Virus record (IMG/VR): IMGVR_UViG_3300027733_000056
Span: 698-64,697 of that record
From: a virus
Lineage: Duplodnaviria; Caudoviricetes
Length of the DNA stretch: 64,000 nucleotides
Reading direction: 5' to 3' (one strand)
Of this stretch, positions 18,541 to 27,118 are shown one piece after another. The notes under the pieces are model-generated. The model did no database searches. It was not told where the DNA came from and worked only from the letters and a program-made list of their open reading frames with translations. Position numbers and translations under genes: made by a program. How positions within the stretch are numbered: position 1 is the first letter of the stretch; every line of letters starts with the position of its first letter.

Positions 18541-20625
18541 TTATATAGCGCGTTCCGTTGTTTCCAATGAAGCAGCGTGTGCCGATGCCTTGTCCAAACT
18601 TGCCAACATTAGGGCAACTTCGGCCTTCATGCGTTCAATTTCCTTTTGGGTTTCGGTCTTAATCACAACTTCATGGGCCGATGCTTCCATCTTCATTTCC
18701 ATTTCTTTATGGCGCTCGGCGTTTGTCAATTCCATTTCGTGGGCGCGATTGGTTTCTTTAATTAGCACCCGCTTAGTTTCTGCGTCCTGCCTGACCTGTT
18801 CTATGTCCTGACGCTGCTTAATCATCATTTGCATTTGCTGCATTTGTTGCTGCATTTGCTGCATTTGCGCTTGGTTTTGCTTCAATTGCATCTGAACTTG
18901 CGGCGGCACGGGTGATTTATCGTCAATCTGGGCAAGCGGGTTAGCCGCTGCCAGCCGGTCAGCAATGACCTCTGCGCCAGGAAAGTCCATGTTCCTAAAC
19001 ACAAGGTCGCCAGCAATTTTAAACAATTCGGCGTTGCCCGTTACCAATGGCATCATGCTATCTACCGCTGCTTGGCGCTTAGAGTTAAAGCCTGGGCCGG
19101 TATCCATTACCACATCATATTGTCCGACGGTCATGTCGTGCATAACTTTAAACACGCCATTTTCGTCTTGCTTGCCTTGGTTAATTGTCACCAAATCGGG
19201 CTTGCCATCATCCCCAATAATCCGCATTACGCGCTCGGAATCGTAAATGTGCGGGATAAGGTCTAGGATAATCTTGCCGGTATGCGATATAGATTTTGTC
19301 AGATTGTCATAGAAATCGAAGTTTGTTAGGTCAACTTGCTGCTGTTGTCCGTTTAACGCTTTACCCGATATATTGCCTGGCAACTGTTGCGAAGGGTCAA
19401 AAATGCCCATCAATGTTGCAATGTCTTGGTTTATTCCTGCGGCTGCTGCCATCACTCCGGCAGGCGGTGGCTCGGGCTGTAAACGCTGCGGGGGTGGCGC
19501 TGTCTGCCCATCAATGTCCGTTTGCTTGTAACGCAGCAATGGGAAAGACTTAACGTTAGCCGCTGCCCATTCGCTTTCGTGGCCTTCGTCTTGGCCTTCA
19601 GCCATTATCCATTTGGCTTTTGGAGCCAAGGCAACAGACTCGGTAATGGTTGTCTGCCAAAAGTTATACATCCGTTGCGCGTCTTTAGCGTGGCGCACCA
19701 TGCCAAACTTGTGGCGTTTATCCCCAATCACAACGTGCCGCCCATAAACAGGCACAACAGGAATGTAAGTGCCAGGCCAATCGCGCTCCTCGATGACTTC
19801 CATCGCGGTCAGCTTTTTCCACTTGATCGTGCGCTTGAACGACTTACGCTCGTCAAGGATTTGGATGCCTGCTGCCTCTAAACGGGCGCGGAAGTCTTTA
19901 CCTTCTGCAAATGTGGACGTTCCGTTAGACAACTGGTAAAGGGTAGCCGATTCGCGGTGGACGTAGAAATATTCGGCAATCCGAATGTCTTCCTTGGTTA
20001 TCCATTCCGACTGTGTATCACCCGTTCCTCGCTGGGTAAACGATGTTCCGTCATCATTATCGGGATACAACTTACGGAATTTGGCTTTGCTCATCATGGT
20101 GGTGATAAGGCAGCGCTCTGCGTCTGACCCGTCTACGCGCTCGGAATTGGGGTCAAAGTAAACGGTAAATGGGTTAGGAATAGCGTCGATATAAACTTCC
20201 TGATCGAACGAATCCTCTTTAACGTAATTTGTGGTTACGCGCCAATAGCCCCAACCCATCCTTACAGCGTGGTCAAACCCCGTGTCGTATGCGGTATCCG
20301 CATTGGAATTGACCTCAATATGCCTGGTCATGCCCTCAATCACTTGGGCGGTCTTAACGTCCGCTTCGTTGTTTGTGGCGTGTACTTTGATGCGTGGGCG
20401 CTGCTGACGCTGCTGATTGGTAACCTGTCGGCAGTACCCATCTAGCTTGTTAATGGTCAGGACGGGCCGCGATTCTAGATTGCGGGAGTTTTGTAGTTCA
20501 ACGGGCCATTGGTCGCCATTGACAAACTTTAAATCCTCCAACCCTTCTTGGCGGTTATTGGTGTCTGCATCGTTGCAGAGTTTGAGGAAGTCAATCGCTT
20601 CGTCAATGATTGGGTCAATATCCAT
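18541..20625 (-). CDS. Portal protein, P22-like
   Basis: GDQW, RP.LTINKL, KDAQRMYN, SGKAL and G.YDV..DTGP motifs; Gln-rich barrel. Confidence 0.92.
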   Translation of the reverse strand: MDIDPIIDEAIDFLKLCNDADTNNRQEGLEDLKFVNGDQWPVELQNSRNLESRPVLTINKLDGYCRQVTNQQRQQRPRIKVHATNNEADVKTAQVIEGMTRHIEVNSNADTAYDTGFDHAVRMGWGYWRVTTNYVKEDSFDQEVYIDAIPNPFTVYFDPNSERVDGSDAERCLITTMMSKAKFRKLYPDNDDGTSFTQRGTGDTQSEWITKEDIRIAEYFYVHRESATLYQLSNGTSTFAEGKDFRARLEAAGIQILDERKSFKRTIKWKKLTAMEVIEERDWPGTYIPVVPVYGRHVVIGDKRHKFGMVRHAKDAQRMYNFWQTTITESVALAPKAKWIMAEGQDEGHESEWAAANVKSFPLLRYKQTDIDGQTAPPPQRLQPEPPPAGVMAAAAGINQDIATLMGIFDPSQQLPGNISGKALNGQQQQVDLTNFDFYDNLTKSISHTGKIILDLIPHIYDSERVMRIIGDDGKPDLVTINQGKQDENGVFKVMHDMTVGQYDVVMDTGPGFNSKRQAAVDSMMPLVTGNAELFKIAGDLVFRNMDFPGAEVIADRLAAANPLAQIDDKSPVPPQVQMQLKQNQAQMQQMQQQMQQMQMMIKQRQDIEQVRQDAETKRVLIKETNRAHEMELTNAERHKEMEMKMEASAHEVVIKTETQKEIERMKAEVALMLASLDKASAHAASLETTERAI

Positions 20626-21906
20626 TTAGGCCATCCATGACTGTGGTACTTGGTAAGTCTGCTTTGCTACCCGTTTCTTAGGCTCATTGACAACTAACCC
20701 TAGCATTCTGAACGCATCCGCGCCGTGGCTGTACTCATCATGCAACGGGTTTTTGCTGAACGCCTTTGTGTCGGGGTCAACGTCAAACCTGTAATGTCGC
20801 AAACATTGTAGCCCATCGGCGCAGTTTTCCCTATCAAACCAGCAATTGCGAAAAAGCGTCCTTGCGGCGTTAATACTATCAGGAATTGGCGTTCTTGGGA
20901 TAATTTTGGTTTTGTACCCTGCTGCCCGCACAATTTGGTCGATAGAACGGCCTGCCGCTGCGAGGGTTTTGTTCTCGGCATCATGCGGTAGCCAGAGTGT
21001 ATCGTAGACGTAACCATAGGTTTGCATCTTAGCTAGGTACTCGGAAATCGTCTTTTGACTGTCCTCATGGTAGCGAATTAGGCGGGTTTCCATGCCAATC
21101 CATTGGACAAACCATATTGCTGTAGCATCCGACCAACCCAAGTCAAAGACCGCATGGACGGGTTTGGACGGGTCGTAAGGCACTTTAGTGATGCGTTCCT
21201 CAAGGTCTGCCATTTGCATTTCACGGGCAAACACCGCACCATCTACGGATTGGCGGCAGATTCCTTCCCAAACGGTGTTGTACGATTCAATGTCCCTGTC
21301 CCGCAAAGAATTCTTTTCCAATTCCAGCGTTTCGGGAAACCACGGGTTATCCGACCAGTTAATCTTTTGGACTACAGAGTTTGCCGGTGGGTAAATCACA
21401 AACCGCTGATAGGTTTCGTCAGATTCCAACTCGGGGTTAAACGTTACCCATATCTCGCTTGCATCCTTACGAATGGTAGGAATCAAGACGTTCCACGACA
21501 ACCGGCTGGTCGTTTGGGCTTCTTCTACCCAACAAATGTCCACGCCTTCGTAGGATTTTACGTTAGCCACGTTGTTTTTAAGGCCAACAAATGAAAATTC
21601 CGTCCCGTTTTTGCCCCGTAGACTGCTTTGCGTAATCTCGTAAAACCCGTCCAGGCGCAGTTCTATAATTTGGTCGCACAATAATTTGTGGACGGAATCC
21701 CGAATAGATGTCTGAAACTCACGGGCGCAAAGGATACGCAACGGCCTTTGTGCGCCTTTTATCAGCAAAGCCCTAGCTACCCCCCAAGACTTAGCGCCGC
21801 CCCGTCCACCGTACAAGATTCGGTAGCGTTTTTTCTCAGGCTGGAACAAACATTGCAGCTTCTGCGGGAACTGCGCGTTGGCTATTGCGCCTTGTACGTC
21901 AGTCAT
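20626..21906 (-). CDS. terL: Terminase large subunit (PBSX-type)
   Basis: YGGRGGAKS Walker A, WVEEA Walker B, TFNP, DLGWSD and SHGADAFR nuclease motifs. Confidence 0.95.
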   Translation of the reverse strand: MTDVQGAIANAQFPQKLQCLFQPEKKRYRILYGGRGGAKSWGVARALLIKGAQRPLRILCAREFQTSIRDSVHKLLCDQIIELRLDGFYEITQSSLRGKNGTEFSFVGLKNNVANVKSYEGVDICWVEEAQTTSRLSWNVLIPTIRKDASEIWVTFNPELESDETYQRFVIYPPANSVVQKINWSDNPWFPETLELEKNSLRDRDIESYNTVWEGICRQSVDGAVFAREMQMADLEERITKVPYDPSKPVHAVFDLGWSDATAIWFVQWIGMETRLIRYHEDSQKTISEYLAKMQTYGYVYDTLWLPHDAENKTLAAAGRSIDQIVRAAGYKTKIIPRTPIPDSINAARTLFRNCWFDRENCADGLQCLRHYRFDVDPDTKAFSKNPLHDEYSHGADAFRMLGLVVNEPKKRVAKQTYQVPQSWMA

Positions 21907-22237
21907 TAGGCTTTACAAAGCTAACCTGGATGCCTTGTAGCGGCTCGCCATCAGCGCCGGTCAGTTCCTGCTTAACCGTTTCCGACCACCGCATTTGAGC
22001 TTTTGTCCACCATATCAGGCTGGTTGTATCGCCAGCCAGTGCCTTAGAAAACAGCGTTTTGGCTATTTGCCCGTTTGCTTTGGCTTTGCCGGTGTCTAGT
22101 TCGTGCCGGTAGTGCTTGCGTAACGTCTTATCGTCTATCCCCACCAATATGCCTATTTGCTCATGGGGCAAGCCTAACCCGCTAGTGCTTTCAACTAAGC
22201 GGCGTGATTCATCTGTAGGCAAATGTTCGTGATTCAT
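21899..22237 (-). CDS. terS: Terminase small subunit
   Basis: HTH (IGILVGIDDKTLRKHY), A.GD...IWW.K and ELTGADG motifs; directly upstream of terL. Confidence 0.8.
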   Translation of the reverse strand: MNHEHLPTDESRRLVESTSGLGLPHEQIGILVGIDDKTLRKHYRHELDTGKAKANGQIAKTLFSKALAGDTTSLIWWTKAQMRWSETVKQELTGADGEPLQGIQVSFVKPND

Positions 22238-22283
22238 TTTATTGAGGGGAATTTGGTTAAATTTAAGCAATTTTAATCATATA

Positions 22284-23084
22284 TTACCAGTATGCATTAA
22301 AAGCCTTGAGTGGATAAAATATCAAGCTATTGCGATATCCACCTTCCATGGTTGGCAAGATAGGTGTTACGCCATGCACATTTCGCCAAGCTGGATACAC
22401 CAGCATCGAATTATCGCAGGAGTCCATCGTCACTCCGTAATCCGGCACATTTAGATTGCCACCTTTAGCGTTGTTTCTTTTGGTAATGATGACATTGGCG
22501 CAACCCTCCAAATTACCTGCGTCTCGGTGATAACTCGCTGCGATGTTAAAATTACTAATGCTACTTGTAAATAATCTACCGAATCTCCATTTAGGTGGAA
22601 CTTTTTCGGTAATGATGCTAAGTTGTTTTTTATATAGTTCTGGGGCAATTTCTTTAATTACATTTTCTGCTTCTGTACATGCCATTAACATTGCTTTTAC
22701 GAATGTTCGAGCATTTTTATCTTGATGTACCATCGCCATTCGCGGGTAAGGCAGTCTCATATGAGGTTTGGGTGCGCAACTTCCAAGAATCGTACTGTAT
22801 TGGCTTACCCTTTTAATTCCCTGTTCTTCCTGCTTTTTTTTGTAATAGTTGCTACCAACAGGCCCACGGTTCATTGTTTCTTTAGGCACTCTATCGGTAA
22901 GGAACTCCGCATTAGCGACGTTAATGAGTTTTTCTAGTTTTTCAGGCACTTTCTTTAGAAAAAATCCAACTATTTCCCCATTTACAGTAAAAATAGTGCT
23001 TTCAGTGATGTTGGGAGGAATGTTTCCACATACATCACCGACTTTTACATCGTTAGGAATGTTAATTAGTTCTATTGTTTTCAT
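22284..23084 (-). CDS. TET/JBP-family 2OG-Fe(II) dioxygenase (5-methylpyrimidine oxidase)
   Basis: FTS..SNFN.AA.YHRD (HxD at 22521-22529), GG.L.VP.Y, distal HGVTP (His at 22374-22376), R.SL.FY. Confidence 0.88.
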   Translation of the reverse strand: MKTIELINIPNDVKVGDVCGNIPPNITESTIFTVNGEIVGFFLKKVPEKLEKLINVANAEFLTDRVPKETMNRGPVGSNYYKKKQEEQGIKRVSQYSTILGSCAPKPHMRLPYPRMAMVHQDKNARTFVKAMLMACTEAENVIKEIAPELYKKQLSIITEKVPPKWRFGRLFTSSISNFNIAASYHRDAGNLEGCANVIITKRNNAKGGNLNVPDYGVTMDSCDNSMLVYPAWRNVHGVTPILPTMEGGYRNSLIFYPLKAFNAYW

Positions 23085-23794
23085 TTTTTAACAACGCAAT
23101 GACTGCCTGCTGGCTGACCGCTTTTACTCCTAATTTCAATGTTGTTAGGGAACAACTGTTTTAAAAGCGCAACATCTTTAATTTTTTGGCTGGCTCTTTG
23201 CTCTATTGTACCTATGCCTTTTTCAGAATATCTGGCGTATTCCATAAAAAAATGATTGTTGACAAGGTTCCCACCATATTTATTTAAATGATATGCGGTA
23301 GCATAATAATCTGTTGCTGTGCATATATCTGAGTGAAATTTAAAATTGGTTTTTTTTATAGCGTATGTTCTGCCATCTACCAATCCAAATTTGCCATACT
23401 TGCTTTTGGCATAAAGAGCATTGCCTGTAGAATTTAATCCTACCAACTTCACTCCTGCTTTGTCCGCTAGTTCTATGGTTTTCTTTAATTCATTTAAAAC
23501 ATAATCTATGCTGGCTGAGACGAATTGCCCTTTTTCGTATTTTTTAGAACGAATATAGTCATCACTCATAAAAATAGCCCATTCGCCATCTTTTAAAGAA
23601 TTAAGTGCATAATTAAAATTGTTTTGTATGCCTTTTGGCTCTTTAGTCTCTATGAGAATGCCGTATTTAGAAATACAACTAAACTTATCCGCATTGTTAT
23701 GACATAACACAATATGTTTCTCTTGATGCTCACCAAGCTCTAAAGAAGTTGTTGCCTCTTTAAATCTGTCGTAATACATTAAAAAAATTTTCAC
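23081..23794 (-). CDS. TET-associated glycosyltransferase (GT-A fold)
   Basis: KGI..N.NY, IFMSDDY (DxD-like), DYY.TA..L.KYG and G.GT..QR motifs; overlaps TET start. Confidence 0.75.
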   Translation of the reverse strand: MKIFLMYYDRFKEATTSLELGEHQEKHIVLCHNNADKFSCISKYGILIETKEPKGIQNNFNYALNSLKDGEWAIFMSDDYIRSKKYEKGQFVSASIDYVLNELKKTIELADKAGVKLVGLNSTGNALYAKSKYGKFGLVDGRTYAIKKTNFKFHSDICTATDYYATAYHLNKYGGNLVNNHFFMEYARYSEKGIGTIEQRASQKIKDVALLKQLFPNNIEIRSKSGQPAGSHCVVKK

Positions 23795-24384
23795 AGCTTG
23801 TTTTTTTCATTACGCAAATAGTTCATCAGCATCATGCCAATATAGGCTTTTTGCTCACGCCAAAATTTAACCAGTTCTTGCGCTTCCTCAAAATGCTCTG
23901 GCTCGAACTCAATTTGAATTGCTTTCCGAACACCGTTTGCCATTTCATCAAGTTGTTCTTCAATATCCTCGCCATCTAACACAGAATAATCCACCGCAGT
24001 GAAATTAAATTCTGACGGGTCAAAACCCATTAATTCTAAATTAAAACCGAGTTTTTCAATCTCGCCAAGCTCCAGCTTTAACATTTCATTGTCCCAACCA
24101 GAATTTAAAGCCAGTTTATTGTCGGCAATAATATATGCCTTGCGTTGGGTGTCGGTCAGGTCTGCCAGTTCAATGGTTGGCACTTCCTTAAACCCTAGCT
24201 TACGGGCGGCAAGCAAGCGCCCATGCCCTGCAATGATGCCGTTTGATCCATCTACCAGGATTGGGTTAGTCCAGCCAAATTCCTTAATGCTCGCCGCAAT
24301 CTGTGCCACTTGTTCGTCAGAGTGGGTGCGGCTATTGTTTACATAGGGAATTAGTTCTGTAACTTTCTTTTGGGTAATTTTCAT
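23791..24384 (-). CDS. ParB/Srx-like N-terminal domain protein
   Basis: LIPY.NN.RTH, SI.EFGW.NPILVD, IIAGHGR and ADNKLALN.GWD motifs; no methylase domain fused. Confidence 0.9.
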   Translation of the reverse strand: MKITQKKVTELIPYVNNSRTHSDEQVAQIAASIKEFGWTNPILVDGSNGIIAGHGRLLAARKLGFKEVPTIELADLTDTQRKAYIIADNKLALNSGWDNEMLKLELGEIEKLGFNLELMGFDPSEFNFTAVDYSVLDGEDIEEQLDEMANGVRKAIQIEFEPEHFEEAQELVKFWREQKAYIGMMLMNYLRNEKNKL

Positions 24385-24545
24385 TTTTTGGCGGTCTTAG
24401 CCGATTGCTTAAATGCTGCCGCTGTGGGTGCGCCTTTAGCGCCAGGGCTACGCATACGTTCTACGGGTTTACCCTCAGCCTTCTCTTTGGCTATCCGTTC
24501 TTGCTTTTTGTGGATATTGGCATACAAGCCAGGTTTAGAAGCCAT
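24381..24545 (-). CDS. 54-aa basic protein (MASKPGLYANIHKK...); not in ORF track
   Basis: Manual translation; coupled to both neighbours. Confidence 0.75.
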   Translation of the reverse strand: MASKPGLYANIHKKQERIAKEKAEGKPVERMRSPGAKGAPTAAAFKQSAKTAKK

Positions 24546-24814
24546 TAACAGTTCCAATTCTTTAATGATGCCTTGGCCCGTTCTGCTGGCCCTTTGGCGT
24601 TTTTAACCACACCTTCCATTCGGGCGCAAAAACTAGCCTTTCGTCCCGCATCCGCTTTTGTCTTAGGGTTTGGTGCTGGCGGCTTTAAATTGCTGCCGTT
24701 CTTTGCGTTGTACTCTGCGCGGCCTTTAGCATTCATTCCCGCCCCCTTGTCTGTAGGGTTGTAGGTTTTACCCTTCCCCGTGGTTTTATGGGCTATTGGC
24801 TTATCGTGCTTCAT
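24545..24814 (-). CDS. Small basic phage protein (R.SFCARM...SL..W.C family)
   Basis: Motif recognition; start moved to MKHDKP. Confidence 0.7.
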   Translation of the reverse strand: MKHDKPIAHKTTGKGKTYNPTDKGAGMNAKGRAEYNAKNGSNLKPPAPNPKTKADAGRKASFCARMEGVVKNAKGPAERAKASLKNWNC

Positions 24815-25070
24815 CTTCCACCACCGCACAAATGTCGGCCTCTTGGATTACCTGGTAGTCCTGCCCGTCAATCTTGTGGGTAGGCCATTTCAGATAGTCC
24901 CCGTTGCCGTATTTAATAAAATCCCCAACTTTTACCTCGTAAACATCAGGGCCACAAGCAACAATTGTTCCCTCGTTGAAAGGCTCTTTGTTGTTCACGA
25001 TTATGATATCAGATAAATTTCTAACCTGGGGTTTGACCACAACCCTGTTTTGTAGGGGCGATAAGTTCAT
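24801..25070 (-). CDS. groES: GroES / Cpn10 co-chaperonin
   Basis: L.PL.NRVVVK, G.IVA.GP, VKVGD and I.EADI.AVV motifs. Confidence 0.9.
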   Translation of the reverse strand: MNLSPLQNRVVVKPQVRNLSDIIIVNNKEPFNEGTIVACGPDVYEVKVGDFIKYGNGDYLKWPTHKIDGQDYQVIQEADICAVVEDEAR

Positions 25071-25306
25071 TCTACGTCCCCTTTCACGGTTAGCGGAACA
25101 AGCACCCGTGGCGGCCTGCCGCGCTTTTTATGCTCTGTAACCGTAATTGTGTCGTTTGTAACTACGGTGGTCAAGATTACCGGCGACCTGTGTTCCCCGC
25201 ACCATTCCGTTTTATGCCGGTTTTGGTATAGAGGGAAACGCCTGCACTGGCCCATCATGTGATGGTCAATAAAGTACAGGCAATTGCTACAATGCGAATC
25301 AGCCAT
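25067..25306 (-). CDS. Small Cys-rich protein (CxxC..C..WCGEH) with AT-hook-like KKRGRP
   Basis: Translation; AGGAG RBS. Confidence 0.7.
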   Translation of the reverse strand: MADSHCSNCLYFIDHHMMGQCRRFPLYQNRHKTEWCGEHRSPVILTTVVTNDTITVTEHKKRGRPPRVLVPLTVKGDVE

Positions 25307-25368
25307 GCCAAATTCTCCTTGGTTTGGTTAGGGAGGGTCAGGGCTGTTTCCCTGATTCCTCCCGCCTA

Positions 25369-25581
25369 TTATTGGTACGAACTACGGTTGTGAGTGTAGC
25401 AAACGGCCTCTTTAGAGCCGCCTTTTAACTCTTTATTCATGTGGGCGTCTTGCTTGCCCATGCCTACGCCGCCTACGACTTTGCCACGGCGTTCGCCGGA
25501 TTCGTCGCTTGCCAACACGCCTTTAGGCATTTTTTCTCCAGAAGCGCCAGACTTATAAACTTCTTTGTCCATTTTTCCCAT
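25369..25581 (-). CDS. Small Gly/Lys-rich protein, probable first gene of late operon
   Basis: AAGGA RBS before MGKMDK. Confidence 0.65.
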   Translation of the reverse strand: MGKMDKEVYKSGASGEKMPKGVLASDESGERRGKVVGGVGMGKQDAHMNKELKGGSKEAVCYTHNRSSYQ

Positions 25582-25607
25582 GATAGTTCCTTGCAAGGTT
25601 TACGGGT

Positions 25608-25633
25608 GACATTACAATGTCCAAGTCATTATA
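25608..25633. promoter_or_regulatory. Overlapping opposed promoter region with palindrome GACATT-AC-AATGTC
   Basis: Palindrome 25608-25621 contains TACAAT (+); TATAAT on minus strand at 25628-25633. Confidence 0.5.
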
Positions 25634-25646
25634 GGAGATTTTTTCC

Positions 25647-25847
25647 ATGGCTACAAACTTTACCCTTAAACGTGAAAAAGCTGTTCACACAACCCCCGCT
25701 GTCTATGAAATGGAACGCGAACACAAGTCCGAACAACGCAAAATAATGGCTTTGGCAAAAGAATTGCACAAGCATGAGCAAACCGATATGGCCCATGCCC
25801 ATCCTAAATCTCAAAAGACTGCTCCCCTTCCGTCAATGCGGAAATAG
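25647..25847 (+). CDS. His-rich 66-aa protein oriented against its neighbours
   Basis: AGGAG RBS; fills the gap between minus-strand genes. Confidence 0.6.
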   Translation: MATNFTLKREKAVHTTPAVYEMEREHKSEQRKIMALAKELHKHEQTDMAHAHPKSQKTAPLPSMRK

Positions 25848-26154
25848 GCAATTTGTCGGGCCACTTTCGGGTGGTCAAAAGGATTAAAACAGTCTTGCGG
25901 TGGGCTTTTAGCCACAATTCCTGCCGTTGTTCCTTATCCATGTCCGCGCCCTGGTCTAAGGCTGCGTGGCAAGTAAAGCACAAGCTGGCGACCAAGTTAT
26001 CGTCCGCTTTTATGGCTTTCCCCTTGCCGCCGCCCCAATTTATATGCGCGGCGCAGACCGTCCCATCCTCTATCCCGCAATGTTGGCAGGCAATTGTCCG
26101 GCAGGCTTCAAGCAAAGCCTTAGACCGGACGTATTTATGTTTCGGGTAAAGCAC
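25804..26154 (-). CDS. Zn-binding HNH-like protein (DUF968/YbcO-like)
   Basis: CQHCG..AAH..G.G.KA.D....LC..CH..LD. Confidence 0.75.
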   Translation of the reverse strand: MLYPKHKYVRSKALLEACRTIACQHCGIEDGTVCAAHINWGGGKGKAIKADDNLVASLCFTCHAALDQGADMDKEQRQELWLKAHRKTVLILLTTRKWPDKLPISALTEGEQSFEI

Positions 26155-26416
26155 GGAATTTAACCCCTTGTTGTGTCCCGAAGGCTGTGGATAACTCTAT
26201 CATTTCGGTCATTTCGGCTACGGTCATATTGCTTGTTCTAGCACCCAAGACCACAAACCCGCCTTCGATGCCAGGCACAACTTTTTGTTGTTTTAAGGCG
26301 GCGGTAAGCACATCCTTCCACTCTTCCTTGTGCAATTTGTTGCCGTACCAATCCACTTGTTCGGAAATGTCGGTTAAGTTTGCCCACATTAAGCGGTTTT
26401 GCTCAAGGCTTCGCAT
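26135..26416 (-). CDS. ninB: NinB-family recombination protein
   Basis: RSLEQN..MWA.L.DIS.QV.W.G and TS.MT..EM motifs. Confidence 0.85.
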   Translation of the reverse strand: MRSLEQNRLMWANLTDISEQVDWYGNKLHKEEWKDVLTAALKQQKVVPGIEGGFVVLGARTSNMTVAEMTEMIELSTAFGTQQGVKFRALPET

Positions 26417-26678
26417 CTATTATCTTCAAAGCGTTTAAAGCTGCTTCCGGCCCGTCAACCCGTGCCAGCGTACCACCAACCCAATTTGCAAAAAAAGCGT
26501 GCTGTAGGGCCGTTAAAGGCTTTTTAGGGCCGGTTTTAACTTCCATCAACATAGTGCGCCCTTTGTATCCCACAAGTAAGTCTACCGGCAAGCCAATTAT
26601 CCAAACGTAAGCGCCAGCCGCCCGTAACGCTTCAATTACTTGGTCTTGGTTAGCGTCCACCCTTGCCGCCCGTCTCAT
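26403..26678 (-). CDS. PD-(D/E)xK / VRR-NUC-like nuclease
   Basis: RVDANQ, PVDLLVG, EVK and LT..Q..F motifs. Confidence 0.75.
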   Translation of the reverse strand: MRRAARVDANQDQVIEALRAAGAYVWIIGLPVDLLVGYKGRTMLMEVKTGPKKPLTALQHAFFANWVGGTLARVDGPEAALNALKIIDAKP

Positions 26679-27118
26679 GCTGACATCCTCAACGCATCTC
26701 GCGCCATTTGAACCACGGCAGGCGACTTTTTCACTCCACCGGCATAGTCACCCAATATTTTCCGCGCCCAATCCTTTGGGTCAACTTTTGGCTTATCCAT
26801 TCGCAAAGATGCCAATTTTTCCAATTCTTTTCGCACTCGTACCGGGTCGGCAGGCGGCGCGTCCAATTGCGGTTTTTCAATGGCTGGGGCTTGATAGCAA
26901 AGATTTTTAAACTGCACCAAGTTCGGCGGGCGTTCCGGCAAATGGTTAAGTGCCCATGAAATTGCCATCATGGATTCCTTGCTTTGCATAAAACCTGACA
27001 ACTCATGCAGCCAAAACGACTTGATTTCGTTTAGCGGGGCCATTCCGATGGAATTGTCCCAAGCAATCCCGTAGGTCATAGACAAACGCTCAAACAAGCG
27101 GTCAATTGGTTGTGTCAT
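26675..27118 (-). CDS. Replication protein P-like helicase loader
   Basis: LF.RL...YG..W and PPNL.QF..LC motifs; follows initiator. Confidence 0.65.
   Translation of the reverse strand: MTQPIDRLFERLSMTYGIAWDNSIGMAPLNEIKSFWLHELSGFMQSKESMMAISWALNHLPERPPNLVQFKNLCYQAPAIEKPQLDAPPADPVRVRKELEKLASLRMDKPKVDPKDWARKILGDYAGGVKKSPAVVQMARDALRMSA

Noticed and set aside
23791-24384. ParB as a plasmid-prophage partition system
   Set aside because: Only the ParB/Srx N-terminal domain is present, with no ParA and no HTH, in the terminase-adjacent context typical of modification-linked ParB-like proteins.
25332-25364. Hairpin between two small late genes as a terminator
   Set aside because: A good stem is present but no U-tract follows on the coding strand, so function cannot be supported.
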